Assembly: GCA_028534125.1 (NCBI GenBank)
Contig: CM052832.1
Location: forward strand, 24,490,001 to 24,554,000
Source of the DNA: Lama glama
Taxonomy: Eukaryota
DNA: 64,000 nt
Reading direction: 5' to 3'
Shown: positions 62,714-64,000 of the stretch, piece after piece
How positions within the stretch are numbered: the first letter of the stretch is position 1
How the letters are laid out: each line of letters begins with the position of its first letter
The notes under the pieces: model-generated
The model's input: only the letters and a program-made list of their open reading frames with translations
What the model was told of the DNA's origin: nothing
Databases searched by the model: none
Position numbers and translations under genes: made by a program

Positions 62714-62753
<40 letters not shown>
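62714..62753 (+). repeat. Interrupted (CA)n microsatellite
   Basis: About 13 CA units, then TATA, then further CA units. Confidence 0.95.
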
Positions 62754-64000
62754 CCGAGCCACCCCCGCCCCTATCATCACCATAGAAATTATGTAAAAAC
62801 TAGACATTCTTCTCTCNNNNNNNNNNNNNNNNNNNNNNNNNNNNNNNNNNNNNNNNNNNNNNNNNNNNNNNNNNNNNNNNNNNNNNNNNNNNNNNNNNNN
62901 NNNNNNNNNNNNNNNNNNNNNNNNNNNNNNNNNNNNNNNNNNNNNNNNNNNNNNNNNNNNNNNNTCAAAAACATGTCTGGAGATAGTGTGTATACAGAAC
63001 CTTGCTTTGAGCTAATTACGCATAATAACTGTCAGCTTTGGGGACCACAGACTGGGCTCTTTAATAACTCATGGCCTCCTTCAAGTGTGCCTTTTTTTTT
63101 TCCTTCTGTTTTGTTCTATCTTCCTTTCCTTCTTCCTTTATTCTTTTTGGTTCTTGTTGAACAAACCGTATAGCTTTGTTTCAATAGCTGCCACAATCTG
63201 AGAAATTAAATCAGAAACGGCAAATTGGTGACTCACATCTTGAAATGTACTAGCAGAGAGATTCCCCTCCCCCCTCTACGCCCGCCATCACCCCTGATCT
63301 GACCATTTCCATCCTGGGAGTGGGGAAAGGGAGGTCGGAGCAACTCATCAGTCAGCTTCAGTTCAGTTAACTCTGTTCCCAGTCTCAACACCGCCCCCCC
63401 CCCCGAAAATAATGTCATTCCAGGCGAATTTAGTTGCTTTACTTATTCTGAGACTCACTGTGATTTTGCCTGAGTGGCAAGCCTTTCAGGCATGTGTACT
63501 TAAAAACGTGATGGGGGTAGTGCCGGTGAGAAACTTGGAGAATCCCCAGTCAGTAAAGAAAAAAGAATTTGGAAGAATTGGGGGATGTCTCTTTATGGAG
63601 AAAAAGAAGTAGTGGGGCAGGGTTTAAATGTAGCGTGTCATAGAAGGAGACAGCTCAGAACGTGTCCCTCTTCCACTCAGAAACCCCTGTGCTCTCAGCA
63701 CACAGCAAGGAGGGGACAAGGGCAGTGACTGGTAGCCAAAGTGACCTCTGTCAGCCTCCCTGGCCTGCCTCCCTCTACTCCCCATCAGACACCCACATTC
63801 CAGCTAATCCTGACTCCTGTTGTAATTCCAGCATTCCCTGTGCATTTGCTTCCAAGCGCCCCTCATTCTGGTCCAGCCCATCAGATTCCTCCCCAGGCTT
63901 CAGGAACCAGCTCCCACCGGTCTCCTCCACAAACCCTTCCCCCTGCAAGGCCAGCTAGTCTGTCCCTTTTTGGGGGCTCTTAGATGCCTTCAGTATTTGT

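Larger units (their letters stand above)
5270..62964. other. Nine N-runs: 5270-5400, 5538-5728, 10389-10516, 16839-17170, 53251-53423, 53500-53777, 53830-53929, 56294-56454, 62817-62964
   Basis: Read directly from the sequence; 100-332 bp each, 1642 bp in total. Confidence 0.99.

Noticed and set aside
18640-63235. Window-wide enrichment of AP-1 sites (about ten seen)
   Set aside because: Close to the rough random expectation of about eight; only the clustered or composite instances were kept

Overview
Non-coding mammalian genomic DNA, very likely from a camelid (camel, alpaca or llama). The evidence is four copies of a tRNA-Ala(AGC)-derived SINE with the camelid vic-1-type tail (AATAAACCTAATTACC) and young artiodactyl-type L1 3' ends. 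I can support no protein-coding gene. The only ORFs resembling known proteins are decayed LINE-1 ORF2 fragments (14.4-15.2 kb, 44.6-44.8 kb, 53.8-54.2 kb, and a short piece at 4.4 kb). The window is a mosaic of ancient repeats (L2, MIR, MER5-type hAT MITEs, MLT1 LTRs, L1M families), younger lineage-specific insertions with clear target-site duplications, and long TE-poor stretches carrying enhancer-like motif clusters and one strong CTCF site. All recognisable LTRs and most L1s lie on the - strand, which suggests an intron of a + strand gene whose identity I cannot determine. Nine N-runs (1642 bp in total) fall mostly inside L1s and look like hard-masking rather than true gaps. I found no evidence for a novel biological system. 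The notable observations are structural: a three-layer nested insertion, a micro-inversion inside an L1, an internal L1 fragment at an L2/L2 junction, candidate non-coding exons and candidate enhancers. Repeat subfamily names come from my recollection of consensus sequences. Boundaries are approximate unless a TSD is quoted.
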